Source: Terriglobia bacterium
Lineage (GTDB): Bacteria > Acidobacteriota > Terriglobia > JAJPHL01 > JAPKYU01
DNA: 64,000 nt
Assembly: GCA_965223005.1 (NCBI GenBank)
Contig: CBDCVK010000003.1
Span: 32,001 to 96,000, forward strand
Direction of reading: 5' to 3'
Positions 36,053 to 46,458 of this stretch are shown here, piece by piece (positions within the stretch are counted from its first letter, which is position 1; every line of letters begins with the position of its first letter). The notes under the pieces were generated by a model. The model was not told the DNA's origin, searched no databases, and saw nothing but the letters and a program-made list of their open reading frames with translations. The translations under genes were made by a program, and so were the position numbers.

Positions 36053-38898
36053 AAGCGTTTCTTCTCTGCTATCCGCTCGTAGCCCTATTGCTCGGCACCG
36101 TGTCGGGCAGCGCGTCCTGGCTGCGCGAAGCGGGCATGCACGCGCTGGTGGTGCTGGCGCTGGGCGCCGCCTTCCTGGCAGCGAAACGGCAGCAGCGCTG
36201 GCCGCTGCTGGGTGGCTTCTTCGAGCCGCTGCTGGCGTTGCTGTTGGTGGTGATGGCTGCCGGCGCCCTTCAGTCGCCCTGCCCCGGACGCAGTTGGCGG
36301 ATGATGTTGCTGGCAGCAGCGGCGGCGGCAGTTTTCTACCTGGTGGTGGGGCTGGCCTCGTCCGGCCGGTCTCAACCAGCAGCCACCCTGCAATGGGTGC
36401 TCCCCGCGACGGGTACGGCGGCGGCTCTGGTAGGTCTGTCACTGTACTTCTTGGGCTGGACTCCCCGGGTGGTTGCACCGCTGGGGCATCACAATTACAT
36501 GGCGGGCTTCCTGCTGCTGCACCTGCCTCTGACGGCTGGCGCCGCAGCAGCCGCGCGCTCAAACCCTGCACGCCTGTTCTGGTATGCGGCAACGGCAGCG
36601 CAGGCGCTGGCGATTGTGCTGACAGGCTCGTTGGCGGGCGTGTTGGTGCTAACCGGGTTGGGTCTTGTCGCTCTAGTCAGCCGTTTGGGTTTTAGCCGTT
36701 TGAGCTTCAGAAAGTCACTCGGTCCACAATCCACAATCCGAAGTTCGAAATGGCAGCTCGTGGCGCTACTGGCATTGGGCACACTGGCGGCAGCCGTGTT
36801 CCTTTGGTCTCGCAGCCCCGTGGTTGCGGGCTTGCGAGGCCGCGTGGCCGCCATCGTGGCCGAGCGCCGCGATCCGTCGCTGTCGCTGGAAAACCGGCTG
36901 CGCCACCTGCGGGCCGGGTTGGGGATGGCTGCCGCTCGTCCGCTGGTCGGCTGGGGGCTCGGAGCCACGCCGTTTGCCGCTTCCTTGCACCGCGAGCAGA
37001 CGCCTGGGCTCAGCCCGCCCGGCGAAGTCTTGCCGCAGCTGCACAGCCTGCCCGCAAACCTGCTGGCTGAAACTGGCGTGCTGGGACTGGCCGCTGCCCT
37101 GTTGCTCGCACTGACCACGCTGAGGATGGCGACAGGCCGGGCGGCCACGGCTTTGTGGGCTTACCTCATCTTTTCCCTGAGCGACTATCAGCTAGATCTG
37201 CCCGCCATCTTGTTCCCGCTAGCCATTGTGGCTGGCTTTTCTGTAGCTACAGGCCTCCCGGCACGCAAAGAAATTCAACCTACTCCCGTGCTCCGGTGGC
37301 TGGCGATGGGCGGGTTGTTCCTGCTCTCGCTAACGGGCGCGGCGCTGCTGGGTCGTTCTTCGGTGGCCCATTACTTCTACCAGCGCGGCGATCCGGCGCA
37401 GGCAGCGCAATGGGATGCCAGATGCGGCTTCTACGCCTTTCGCGCGGGCGGGCTCGCCGACCAGCAAACTGAGGTAAATCAAACTGACGCAACCAATGCT
37501 ACCCGGCGGACCCGGCGGTTCTACCTGGAGGCGGCAACGCAGATGCCAAACCTTATCCCGGTGGCCGCCCAGGCGGGCAGCAGCCTGCTGCAAGCGGGCC
37601 GGTACAGCGATGCGTTGCCTTGGCTGGAGCGCGCCGCCGAGTTGGATTACTACTTCACCCTGGCGCACTTTCACCTGGGCCGGGCACGGCTGCGCACCGG
37701 CGATCAGGCGGGCGCCATCGAGGCTTTTTCAACTGCGGTGCTGGTCCAGCCAGCAACGGTGATGGCCGAGGACTGGCTGCGGTCGCCCGAGCGCGAGGTT
37801 TACTCGGAATCGCTGGAGCGCGCGCTGGACAAGCTTTATGAACTAGCCGCCTTCGATCCCGGAAGCGGTCCCTGGCCCGAAAGCGGTCCCTGGCGCCGTT
37901 GGAACGAACTGGGCGTCTTCTTAATCGGGAGTCGAAATCAGTTGCCGGCTGGTCCATACCGCGTGCTGTTCTTCGAGTTGGTGGACCGGGACCTGACGGT
38001 GAACCACAGCCTGATCGTATTTCGCCGCGCCGCCTCGCCGCTGCGCGTCGCTCCAGTTGTTCTGCTCTCATCCACACCCAACCCACGCCAGCCTGCCGGT
38101 CTCGGCGTTATCGCCGGCCTGCCCTCCGTCCGGGCCCTCGACCTTAAAATCCCTCCTCGCCGCACGCTTGCCGAAGCCCCACCCGTGGTTGGCGAAGGTG
38201 GGATTGTCAACGGTGCCAGTTTCTCGTCTGAGGCGGTCGTCAGCCCGGGTTCCATTGCCTCGCTGTTCGGGATGAACCTTGCAGCGGCCACAGTGGCAGC
38301 CAGCTGGCTGCCACTGCCCACCATGCTGGCCGGCACCGAGGTTCTGGTCAATGACACGCCCGCGCCGTTGTTCTTTGTTTCGCCGTTACAAATCAACTTC
38401 CAAATGCCGTTCGAGGTAACTGGCCCTACCGTCCGAATAGCCGTGGCCTCCGGCGGAGTTCGTGGCCCGGAAGTAATGGTGCCAGTGATGGTAAAAGTTG
38501 AGCCTGCGGCTCCGGGCATCTTCGCCGCTGTAGCAGGCGGAAGCGGGCAGGGTGCCGTTTTGAATGAAGACTTTTCGCCTAACTCAGCGGAGAACCCGGC
38601 GGCAGTGGGCTCGGTGGTTCAGATTTTTGCGACTGGCCTAGGCGCAACGGATCCGCCACTGGCTACGGGCCAGACTGGAGCCAGCTCGCCGCCATTCAAC
38701 CTAACAACAATGATGCCGGTTGTAATGATTGGTGGCGCCTCCGCGGAGGTACTTTCCTCAGGTATGGCGCCGGGGTTCGTGGGGCTCTACCAGGCCAACG
38801 CCCGCGTACCGACGGGAGCGCCAGCCGGTGATGAGGTGTCGCTGGAAATTGAGATCGGCGGAAGCAGTAGCAACACCGTCACGTTGGCTGTCCGCTAA
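36049..38898 (+). CDS. O-antigen ligase (Wzy_C)-like membrane protein fused to TPR and a TIGR03437-type C-terminal domain
   Basis: Multi-TM N-terminus, LGHHNY.AG, SLENR...RPLVGWGLG, QLHS...LAETGVLG; TPR; IVNGASF..PGSIASLFG..LPT.LAG..V.VN..APLFFVSP.QINFQ.P...FATGLG...PGFVGLYQ.N. Confidence 0.85.
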   Translation: MKAFLLCYPLVALLLGTVSGSASWLREAGMHALVVLALGAAFLAAKRQQRWPLLGGFFEPLLALLLVVMAAGALQSPCPGRSWRMMLLAAAAAAVFYLVVGLASSGRSQPAATLQWVLPATGTAAALVGLSLYFLGWTPRVVAPLGHHNYMAGFLLLHLPLTAGAAAAARSNPARLFWYAATAAQALAIVLTGSLAGVLVLTGLGLVALVSRLGFSRLSFRKSLGPQSTIRSSKWQLVALLALGTLAAAVFLWSRSPVVAGLRGRVAAIVAERRDPSLSLENRLRHLRAGLGMAAARPLVGWGLGATPFAASLHREQTPGLSPPGEVLPQLHSLPANLLAETGVLGLAAALLLALTTLRMATGRAATALWAYLIFSLSDYQLDLPAILFPLAIVAGFSVATGLPARKEIQPTPVLRWLAMGGLFLLSLTGAALLGRSSVAHYFYQRGDPAQAAQWDARCGFYAFRAGGLADQQTEVNQTDATNATRRTRRFYLEAATQMPNLIPVAAQAGSSLLQAGRYSDALPWLERAAELDYYFTLAHFHLGRARLRTGDQAGAIEAFSTAVLVQPATVMAEDWLRSPEREVYSESLERALDKLYELAAFDPGSGPWPESGPWRRWNELGVFLIGSRNQLPAGPYRVLFFELVDRDLTVNHSLIVFRRAASPLRVAPVVLLSSTPNPRQPAGLGVIAGLPSVRALDLKIPPRRTLAEAPPVVGEGGIVNGASFSSEAVVSPGSIASLFGMNLAAATVAASWLPLPTMLAGTEVLVNDTPAPLFFVSPLQINFQMPFEVTGPTVRIAVASGGVRGPEVMVPVMVKVEPAAPGIFAAVAGGSGQGAVLNEDFSPNSAENPAAVGSVVQIFATGLGATDPPLATGQTGASSPPFNLTTMMPVVMIGGASAEVLSSGMAPGFVGLYQANARVPTGAPAGDEVSLEIEIGGSSSNTVTLAVR

Positions 38899-38958
38899 AT
38901 GGCCAAGTCCTTCCGTGGGCTCCCACAACTTTCCGAGATGCACAAGCGGGAGCCATCC

Positions 38959-40692
38959 CTAGCGGGCGGAGCGGAGCAGGTCGCGGGCGTGCTTAAGGAC
39001 GGTGTCGGTGATGCGGGCGCCGCTGAGCATGCGCGCCAGCTCCGGGGCGCGCTCGCCCTCCTCCAGATGGCGGGTCAGGGTGATGGTGCGGCCGTCGCGC
39101 TCCACTTTTTCGACGAAGTAATGGTGGTCAGCGAAGGAAGCGATCTGCGGTAGGTGGGTCACACAGAGCACCTGGTGGCCGGCGGCCAGCGCCTTCAGCT
39201 TGCGGCCCACAACTTCGGCGACGCGCCCGCCGATGCCGGCATCAATTTCGTCGAACACCAGGCTGCGGGCGGAGTTCGTCTGGGACGTCCTCCCCTTGGA
39301 CAAACCGGCAGGCCTGTCCCGACGGGTTTCGGCGGCGGTGATGAGCGCCAGCATCAGCCGGGACAGCTCACCGCCCGAAGCCACCTGATCCACCGGACGC
39401 AGCGGTTCGCCCGGGTTGGGCGAGATGAGAAACTCCACGCGGTCCATGCCGGACGCCTTCCAGGACTCGCTGCCGGAGGCGCCCTCGGCTGGCGCAGCAA
39501 ACTCGATGCGAAAGGCGGTGCGCTCCATGGCCAACTCGGCGAGAATCCGGGCCACGGCCTTCTCTAGCCGAGCGGCGGCGTTCTTGCGCTGTGCAGAAAG
39601 CTTTCCGGCCAGTTGACGGTAGCGTTCGGCGGCGGCTTCGAGTTCCTGCTGCGCCTGGCGTGCCAGCTCGTCCGAGGACGCCAACTCCTCCAGTTGCCGC
39701 GCCACTTGTTCCATGTGGGCCAGCACGTCTGCCAGCGTGGGGCCGTACTTGCGCTTCAGCCGGTCCAGAATTGACAGCCGGTCCTCCACTTGTTCCAGGT
39801 GCTGCGGGTTGGCGTTCAGTTGCTCCAGGTAATCGCGCAGGGAAAGGGAAGCATCCTCGACGCTGATGCGGGCGCTGCGCAGGCCATCGCAGATTGGCTC
39901 AAAGGTGCGGTCGAAGCGGGCCACATCTTCCAGCGCCCGCAGCGCCGCGGCCATGGCGGCTGCGGCGGCGCCAGGGGCGTCGTAGAGCTGCTGGTAGGCG
40001 CTCTCGACGGCGCCGTGGATGCGCGTGCTGTTGGCCAGCACGCGCTTCTCCTCCCCTAGCCGTTGGTCCTCGTCGTGCAGCGGGCGCGACGCTTCAATCT
40101 CCTGCTTCTGGAAGGACCACAGGTCAGCCAGACGCAGCTTCTCCTGCTCGTCACGGGTCAACTCGGCCAGCCGCGCCGTTGCCTGCCTCCATCCCCGGTA
40201 AGCATCGGCCAGCTGCTCGGCCAGTTCCTCGGCGCTGGCCGAGCGGTCCAGCAGCTCCAGTTGGGAGGCAGGCACCAGCAGAGCCTGCTGCTGGTGCTGC
40301 CCGTGGATGTCGGCCAGCCACGGGGCCAGGGCGCGCAGGGCCGCCACCGTGGCCGGGCGGTCATTGATGAAGACGCGGGTGCGGCCTGACACGTGCAGCT
40401 CGCGCTTCAGCAGCAGCTCGCCGCTTGCCGCCAGCTCGACGCCGACTTCGTCGGCGGCGCGTTTCAGGTCCCGCGACACCACGACTTCAAACAGGCCGCA
40501 CAGCACGGCCCGCTCAGTGCCGGAGCGGATGATTTCCGGCGATGCTCTGCCGCCCAGCAACAGGCCCAGGGCGTCCACCACGATCGACTTGCCGCTGCCG
40601 GTCTCGCCGGTCAGCAGGTTCAGTCCGGGGCCGAATTCCAGCGAAAGGCGGTCAATCAGCGCGTAGTTCTCAATGTGGAGTTGCTGGAGCAT
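38959..40692 (-). CDS. recN: DNA repair protein RecN
   Basis: TGETGSGKS, IHGQH, ASGGELSR, FDEIDAGIGG, VTHLPQIA. Confidence 0.97.
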   Translation of the reverse strand: MLQQLHIENYALIDRLSLEFGPGLNLLTGETGSGKSIVVDALGLLLGGRASPEIIRSGTERAVLCGLFEVVVSRDLKRAADEVGVELAASGELLLKRELHVSGRTRVFINDRPATVAALRALAPWLADIHGQHQQQALLVPASQLELLDRSASAEELAEQLADAYRGWRQATARLAELTRDEQEKLRLADLWSFQKQEIEASRPLHDEDQRLGEEKRVLANSTRIHGAVESAYQQLYDAPGAAAAAMAAALRALEDVARFDRTFEPICDGLRSARISVEDASLSLRDYLEQLNANPQHLEQVEDRLSILDRLKRKYGPTLADVLAHMEQVARQLEELASSDELARQAQQELEAAAERYRQLAGKLSAQRKNAAARLEKAVARILAELAMERTAFRIEFAAPAEGASGSESWKASGMDRVEFLISPNPGEPLRPVDQVASGGELSRLMLALITAAETRRDRPAGLSKGRTSQTNSARSLVFDEIDAGIGGRVAEVVGRKLKALAAGHQVLCVTHLPQIASFADHHYFVEKVERDGRTITLTRHLEEGERAPELARMLSGARITDTVLKHARDLLRSAR

Positions 40693-40697
40693 GGCAG

Positions 40698-40891
40698 CCG
40701 CCAGATGCCGGGTTTCAGGTGCCAGGTTCAGGTGTCACAGGTTCAGGTGTCAAATGATAGCAGAGTCCGAGACTGCTAGTTCTGACTGCCAAATCCAGGA
40801 CTGCTTCCCCTTCGACCTTTGTTGACCAAGCCGGCGTTGAGCCAGGAATTCTACTTATGTGATACCGGCCTGATACCAGCCCTGACACCAG
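40698..40891. repeat. Heptamer-like repeat tracts upstream of recN
   Basis: caggtgc/caggttc/caggtgt... at about 40716-40751 and a complementary-sense tract cctgatacc/cctgacacc at about 40860-40891. Confidence 0.65.
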
Positions 40892-41039
40892 CTTTGAATG
40901 CGGCCGCTGGTTTTGTGCTAAGTTAAATGAGGGGAAGGCTGCAGCGGAAGGGATCTGCGACGGATTTAAGCGGCGGCCGGGAGCAGGCCAGCATCGCCGC
41001 GGCTTTAGAGTAAGCTGGGGAGTAAACGGGGGAGTAGAG

Positions 41040-41744
41040 TTGACTGTCGTTCCGCTTCTGGCTCTAATCGGCGGCACCGAAGTGGTCGGTTTGATCGGAC
41101 AGACCGGCTGGGTCGTCAAGGGTGTTCTGCTGCTGCTGCTGACGTTTTCTGTCTTTTCCTGGACGGTGACTTTCGCCAAGTGGCGCCGCTTCCGGCGGGC
41201 ACGCGCGCAGAGCGAGCGGTTCCTGCGCGCCTTTCGGCGGAGCCAGACCTTCTCGGAGCTGCATGCCATCAGCGACCAGTTCCAGCCCAGCCCGCTGGTG
41301 GAGATGTTTGAATATGGCTACGGAACCATCCGCCAGCAGGCGACCCCGGCCAATCCGCATTCGGGCAGGCTGCCGCCGGGCGGCGTCGCGCGAGTCCAGC
41401 GGGCGTTGCAGATTGCCGCCAGCGACCAGTTGACCGGCATGGAGCGCATGCTGAGCTGGTTGGCAAGCACGGGTGTGGTCGCGCCGTTCATCGGCCTGTT
41501 CGGGACGGTCTGGGGCGTCATGGACTCCTTTCACGGACTGGGAACAGCCGACTCGGCCTCCCTGCGCGCCGTGGCTCCAGGAATCTCCGAGGCCCTGGTC
41601 GCTACAGCCGCCGGGCTGTTCGTGGCCATCCCCGCGGTGGTGGCCTACAACCACTTCCTTCACGTGCTGCGCGATTTCGGGTCGGGCATGGACAGCTTTG
41701 CCCTGGAATTCCTGAATGTGGTGGAACGCGACCAGGCCGGCTAG
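41040..41744 (+). CDS. tolQ: Tol-Pal system TolQ
   Basis: PFIGLFGTVWG, VAPGISEALVATAAGL..AIPA; first gene of the tol-pal cluster. Confidence 0.92.
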   Translation: MTVVPLLALIGGTEVVGLIGQTGWVVKGVLLLLLTFSVFSWTVTFAKWRRFRRARAQSERFLRAFRRSQTFSELHAISDQFQPSPLVEMFEYGYGTIRQQATPANPHSGRLPPGGVARVQRALQIAASDQLTGMERMLSWLASTGVVAPFIGLFGTVWGVMDSFHGLGTADSASLRAVAPGISEALVATAAGLFVAIPAVVAYNHFLHVLRDFGSGMDSFALEFLNVVERDQAG

Positions 41745-41765
41745 CAGGCGAGGCAAGGGTACACG

Positions 41766-42196
<431 letters not shown>

Positions 42197-42200
<4 letters not shown>

Positions 42201-43045
42201 GAGTACAAGTCCGAGTCGCTGGTAAGCATGTGCCCGCCACGAGCGAGCCGGAAGGGTTGAAGGCGCCGCTGACCGCCTCCGTCGTCTTTCACAGCATGAT
42301 TTTCGGCGTAGCGCTGTTCGGTGGCGCTCTGGTCCCGCCGCACCACGGGCAGCAGTGGGGCGAAGTAGGTTTTGGCGGGGGGAGGTCGGTCCCAGTGAAC
42401 TTGGCGCCGAGCGTTCCGCTGCCGCGCCGCGCCGCGCCACGAAACCCGGTGGCCGCCGATACCCGGGAGCTTCACCCGGCCCAGCCCAAGCAGCCGAAAA
42501 AAGCGCCACCAGCGTCCCCGGCGCGGGAGTTCCAGTTGACTGAGGAAGACTGGAAGAAGAAACTAGCGGAGCTGGAGCGCCGTCAGGCGAGCAAGGAGCT
42601 GGCGCAATTGCGGGGTGAGCTTCCGGAAGGGGCGATTCCCGGCGCTACCAGCGGTCGCGCTTCGTCGCCCATCTACGGGATGGCAACCGGGCAGGGCGCC
42701 GGGGGTATCGGCTTCAGCGGGCAGTTCGGCCTCCTTTACGGCTGGTACGTGCGTGCGGTGCGGAGCTGCATCGCGCGCCATTGGGACCGCAGCAGGGTTG
42801 ATTCCGCCATCCGCTCGGCGCCGCGGGTGTATGTCGAATTTGATATCTTGCGGGACGGGACCATGAGGAGCGAACGCATCAGCACATCCAGCAGCATTCC
42901 GTCGATTGACCGCGAAGCGCTCCGGGCAGTGCAGGCCTGCAGCGGCCGGCGCGACGTGGGCGCCGACGCTCATTTACCAGCACTGCCGCGGGATTACCAG
43001 GGCTCCAGCGTGCACGTGGAAGTGTGGTTCGAATTTCAAAGATGA
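42197..43045 (+). CDS. tolA: TolA/TonB-like energy transducer
   Basis: TM with SxxxH (SVVFH), Pro-rich linker, TonB_C-like C-terminus (SS..SIDREALRAV); sits between tolR and tolB. Confidence 0.8.
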
Positions 43046-43069
43046 GACAAGCACCGAGTGAGTTGCCAC

Positions 43070-43132
43070 ATTCGCAGCAAGCAACACCAGATGCGCAGTA
43101 ACCAACAAAAGACGCGCAGTAAGCAACGGCTC
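43070..43132 (+). repeat. Three imperfect 21-bp tandem repeats abutting the tolB ATG
   Basis: attcgcagcaagcaacaccag / atgcgcagtaaccaacaaaag / acgcgcagtaagcaacggctc. Confidence 0.8.
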
Positions 43133-44524
43133 ATGGGGAAGTCATGGGCCATTGTCTTTACGGTTGCGGCCGTGGTTCTGTCGCTGGTGTGGCTGCAGGC
43201 CGAGGCCACGCCGCGTGCCGCGCTTGGCGCACCTCAAGCGGCTTCCCAGCGCCGGGACGTCATCCGCTTCGGCATTGACCTGACGCTGGAGACGCTGAAG
43301 CTGGCGGTGGCTGACTTTCGGGCTCACGGCACCGAGGCTGCGCCGCTGATGCGCGTCTTTAATAAGGTGCTTTGGAATGATCTGGACCACGCCGGAATTT
43401 TCGATCTGGTCAGCAAGAGCTTCTACCCGCCGGCAATTCCCGGGCGACGCGAAGACCTGAAAGCCGCCGGCGCTCTGTCGGCTTGGGCCAATCCGCCGGT
43501 CAACGCCGAGATGCTGGCGTTCGGCAACGGGGCCGTTGTCGACGGGCGCCTGAGGATCGAAGGCTTTCTGTACGATCTGCGGAATCCGCTCCGCCCGGAA
43601 GTCCTGGCCCGGCGCTACACCGACGAGGCCACCGAGGAGGCTGCCCGGGTGATTGCGCATCGGTTTGCCAACGCCATCGTGGAGCGGCTCGGCGGCGGAC
43701 TGCCGGGCATCGCCGACTCCAAGATCTATTTCTGCCGTAGGACTCGTCGGGACGTTAAGGAAATCTGGGTCATGGACTACGATGGCGCCAACCAGCGTCC
43801 GGTCACCGCCTACCGCTCCCTGGCGCTGACTCCCAACGTCTCGGCCGATGGCAGCCGGTTGGCCTTTACGAGCTATTCGGAAGTCTACCCCCGAATCTTC
43901 GTGTTGTCGCTGGAGAGCCGGCGACGCCTGAGCTTTCATAACACCCGCAGCGGGCTGAACACTACCCCTGCCTGGTCCCCCGACGGCCGTCAGATGGCCC
44001 TGTCGTCCTCGCTGAGCGGAAACCCGGAGATCTATGTGGCCAATGCCGACGGTACGAACCCCCGTCGCCTCACGTACTCGCGGGGAGTGGATATTTCCCC
44101 GGCGTGGAACCCGAAGACAGCAACGCAGATCGCCTTCGTCAGCGGCCGGGGCGGGGTGCCGCAGATCTACCTGATGGACGCCGACGGGTCCAACGTACGG
44201 CGTCTGACCGCCGGCGAAGGCGACGCGGTGACGCCGGCCTGGGCGCCCAACGGCCAGACGCTCGTCTTTTCCTGGACCCGTGGCTATGCCCCCGGAAATT
44301 ACAATATTTTCCTGATGGATGTAGCCAGTGGCGAAGTGGTACAGTTGACCCACGGCGCCGGGCGTAACGAGCACCCATGGTTCTCTCCCGACGGCCGGCA
44401 CATTGTTTTTGAGTCGAGCCGCAACGGGGGCAAGCAGATTTTTACCATGTTGGCGGACGGCACCAGGATCCGGGCTTTGACGCGGGATGGCAACAACACG
44501 GCCCCTGTTTGGAGCGTACGCTAG
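43133..44524 (+). CDS. tolB: Tol-Pal beta-propeller protein TolB
   Basis: Signal peptide, TolB_N (NDLDHAGIF), MDYDG, repeated PAWSPDG/PWFSPDG propeller motifs; start could be 43058-43133. Confidence 0.93.
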   Translation: MGKSWAIVFTVAAVVLSLVWLQAEATPRAALGAPQAASQRRDVIRFGIDLTLETLKLAVADFRAHGTEAAPLMRVFNKVLWNDLDHAGIFDLVSKSFYPPAIPGRREDLKAAGALSAWANPPVNAEMLAFGNGAVVDGRLRIEGFLYDLRNPLRPEVLARRYTDEATEEAARVIAHRFANAIVERLGGGLPGIADSKIYFCRRTRRDVKEIWVMDYDGANQRPVTAYRSLALTPNVSADGSRLAFTSYSEVYPRIFVLSLESRRRLSFHNTRSGLNTTPAWSPDGRQMALSSSLSGNPEIYVANADGTNPRRLTYSRGVDISPAWNPKTATQIAFVSGRGGVPQIYLMDADGSNVRRLTAGEGDAVTPAWAPNGQTLVFSWTRGYAPGNYNIFLMDVASGEVVQLTHGAGRNEHPWFSPDGRHIVFESSRNGGKQIFTMLADGTRIRALTRDGNNTAPVWSVR

Positions 44525-44816
44525 GGCCGTGCTGGCAGAATGGCTTCATAAGGGCTCTTGGGGAATCCTTTCCGTGGCGGGCGGGGGCTTGCTTCGGCAC
44601 CACCGGAGTTGCTGACCCCGTTGCGCGCGACAAGCTGCTAGGAGAGAATCCGGCCGGACAGGTTTGCGGCCAACAGTTCGCCTAGCAAACAAGTTCCAAA
44701 GGCATCAGGCTGGAAGCCGATCTCAGAAGGGGCTGCGACTAGGTAGGGTTCCAGGGATTCAAGATTCACGAGATGGCTTCCAGTCCGCCGGTTCAAATCG
44801 CATGGAGGAAAAAAGA

Positions 44817-45557
44817 ATGAGACGCAAATACTCCCCGGCTCTGGGCATGATTTTGCTGCTGGTTCTGTTCATGGGTGCCTGCAAGAAGAAAGAGGCGCCG
44901 CCCCCGCCACCCCCGCCGCCGCCGCCTCCCCCGGCTCCGACAGTGAGCCTGACGGCGACGCCCACCAGCATCGAACGCGGGCAATCCAGCACGCTGGAGT
45001 GGAGTTCCACCGAAGCCAAAACGCTGACGTTAGAACCGGCCCTAGGCATGGTGCCTCCCAAAGGCACGATGACCGTCTCGCCGCTGGAGTCGCTGACCTA
45101 TACCCTGAGCGTCGAGGGGCCCGGCGGAAAGGCCCAGGCCAGCGTGCGGGTCACGGTGACCGCCAAGCCGCCGCCACCCAAACCCCCGCCACCGGTCGAG
45201 GAGGATATCGCCGCCTCGTTCGCGGCCCGGGTGCGTGACGTCTACTTCGATTATGACATGTACGACGTGCGCTCTGATGCAGTGCCGGTGCTGCAAGCCA
45301 ATGCCGATTGGTTGCGCGCACACCCGAAGGCGAACATCGTGGTTGAGGGCCATTGCGATGAGCGTGGCTCAGCCGAGTACAACCTAGGCCTGGGCGATCG
45401 GCGCGCAAATAGCACCCGGGACTACCTGCTCTCGCTGGGCATCAGCGGGAACCGCATCCGCACTATCAGCTACGGCAAGGAGCGGCCGCAATGCACCGAG
45501 GCGAATGAGGGCTGCTGGCAGCGCAATCGCCGCTCGCACTTTGTCCTGGCCCGCTGA
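44817..45557 (+). CDS. pal: Peptidoglycan-associated lipoprotein Pal with an extra Ig-like domain
   Basis: SD GGAGG, lipobox MGAC, YFDYD, EGHCDERGSAEYNLGLGDRRA, SYGKERP, NRR. Confidence 0.94.
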   Translation: MRRKYSPALGMILLLVLFMGACKKKEAPPPPPPPPPPPPAPTVSLTATPTSIERGQSSTLEWSSTEAKTLTLEPALGMVPPKGTMTVSPLESLTYTLSVEGPGGKAQASVRVTVTAKPPPPKPPPPVEEDIAASFAARVRDVYFDYDMYDVRSDAVPVLQANADWLRAHPKANIVVEGHCDERGSAEYNLGLGDRRANSTRDYLLSLGISGNRIRTISYGKERPQCTEANEGCWQRNRRSHFVLAR

Positions 45558-45588
45558 GGCCGAGGGCAGGGCGCAAGCAGAACGCAAA

Positions 45589-45633
45589 CGGCTGGCAGGC
45601 GCCAGTCAGATGAAACCTGGCGCCTGCCAGCCG
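45589..45633. other. Perfect 17-bp stem-loop between pal and cpoB
   Basis: cggctggcaggcgccag - 11-nt loop - ctggcgcctgccagccg; no U-tract. Confidence 0.85.
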
Positions 45634-45654
45634 CAGTCTTAAGGAGAGGGAACC

Positions 45655-46458
45655 ATGAGAGTGTTACGAGCCATCTTGATGGCGGTGCTCGTGGTGGCAC
45701 TCCTGCCCACCCCGGCCTACCCTGTCGCCAAGGAGATTATCCGGATCGAGGCGGCAGTGGCCCGGCTGGAGTCGGACATGCGCGACATGCGCAGCACGCT
45801 GGACGAGCGCATGGGGATGATGCGCCAGCTCATGGAGCAGACCACCGACGCGATCAACAAGCTCAACGTGGTGACCGAGCAGGTGCAACGTTCGGTCCAG
45901 GGCAGCGTGGCCGCCCAGGGCACCAAAGTGGATTCGGTCGCCGGCAACGTGCAGGGGTTGCAGGACTCCCTGGAGGATGTGAAGGCGCGGCTGTCCAAGC
46001 TGTCTGACCAGGTGGCGCAGGTGCGAGAGTCGGTAGAGGCGCTGCAAACGCCGTCGCCGCCGGGCCCGGGGGCGGGCGCACCTCCACAGTCGCCCGAGGA
46101 GCTCTACCAAAATGGGCTGCGGGACCTGCAAGGCGGGAAACTGGAACTGGCGTTGCAGCAGTTCCAGGACTACCTTCGCTACTACCCGGAGACGGAGCTG
46201 GCCGGCAATGCCCAGTTCTATGTCGGCGAAGTGCTCTATCGTCAGGGCAAGCTACGCGAGGCGATCGAAGCGTACGACTTGGTGCTGGAACGCTACCCGA
46301 ACGGCAACAAGACCGCCGGCGCCCATCTCAAGAAAGGCTTCGCCCTCCTGGAACTGAAGCAGCGCACATCCGGGGTCCGCGAGCTGCGCGAGTTGATCCG
46401 CCGTTTCCCGCGCAGCGAAGAGGCCAAGCTGGCCCGCCAGCGCCTCCGCCGTCGCTGA
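45655..46458 (+). CDS. cpoB: Tol-Pal protein CpoB/YbgF
   Basis: Signal peptide, coiled coil, TPR (AGNAQFYVGE, YPNGNK..AHLKKG); follows pal. Confidence 0.92.
   Translation: MRVLRAILMAVLVVALLPTPAYPVAKEIIRIEAAVARLESDMRDMRSTLDERMGMMRQLMEQTTDAINKLNVVTEQVQRSVQGSVAAQGTKVDSVAGNVQGLQDSLEDVKARLSKLSDQVAQVRESVEALQTPSPPGPGAGAPPQSPEELYQNGLRDLQGGKLELALQQFQDYLRYYPETELAGNAQFYVGEVLYRQGKLREAIEAYDLVLERYPNGNKTAGAHLKKGFALLELKQRTSGVRELRELIRRFPRSEEAKLARQRLRRR

Noticed and set aside
40698-40760. LexA box (GTTC-N7-GTTC type) upstream of recN
   Set aside because: The GTTC copies are 11 nt apart and are part of the heptamer-like repeats
43070-43132. CRISPR array
   Set aside because: Tandem imperfect repeats without spacers, and no cas genes in the window
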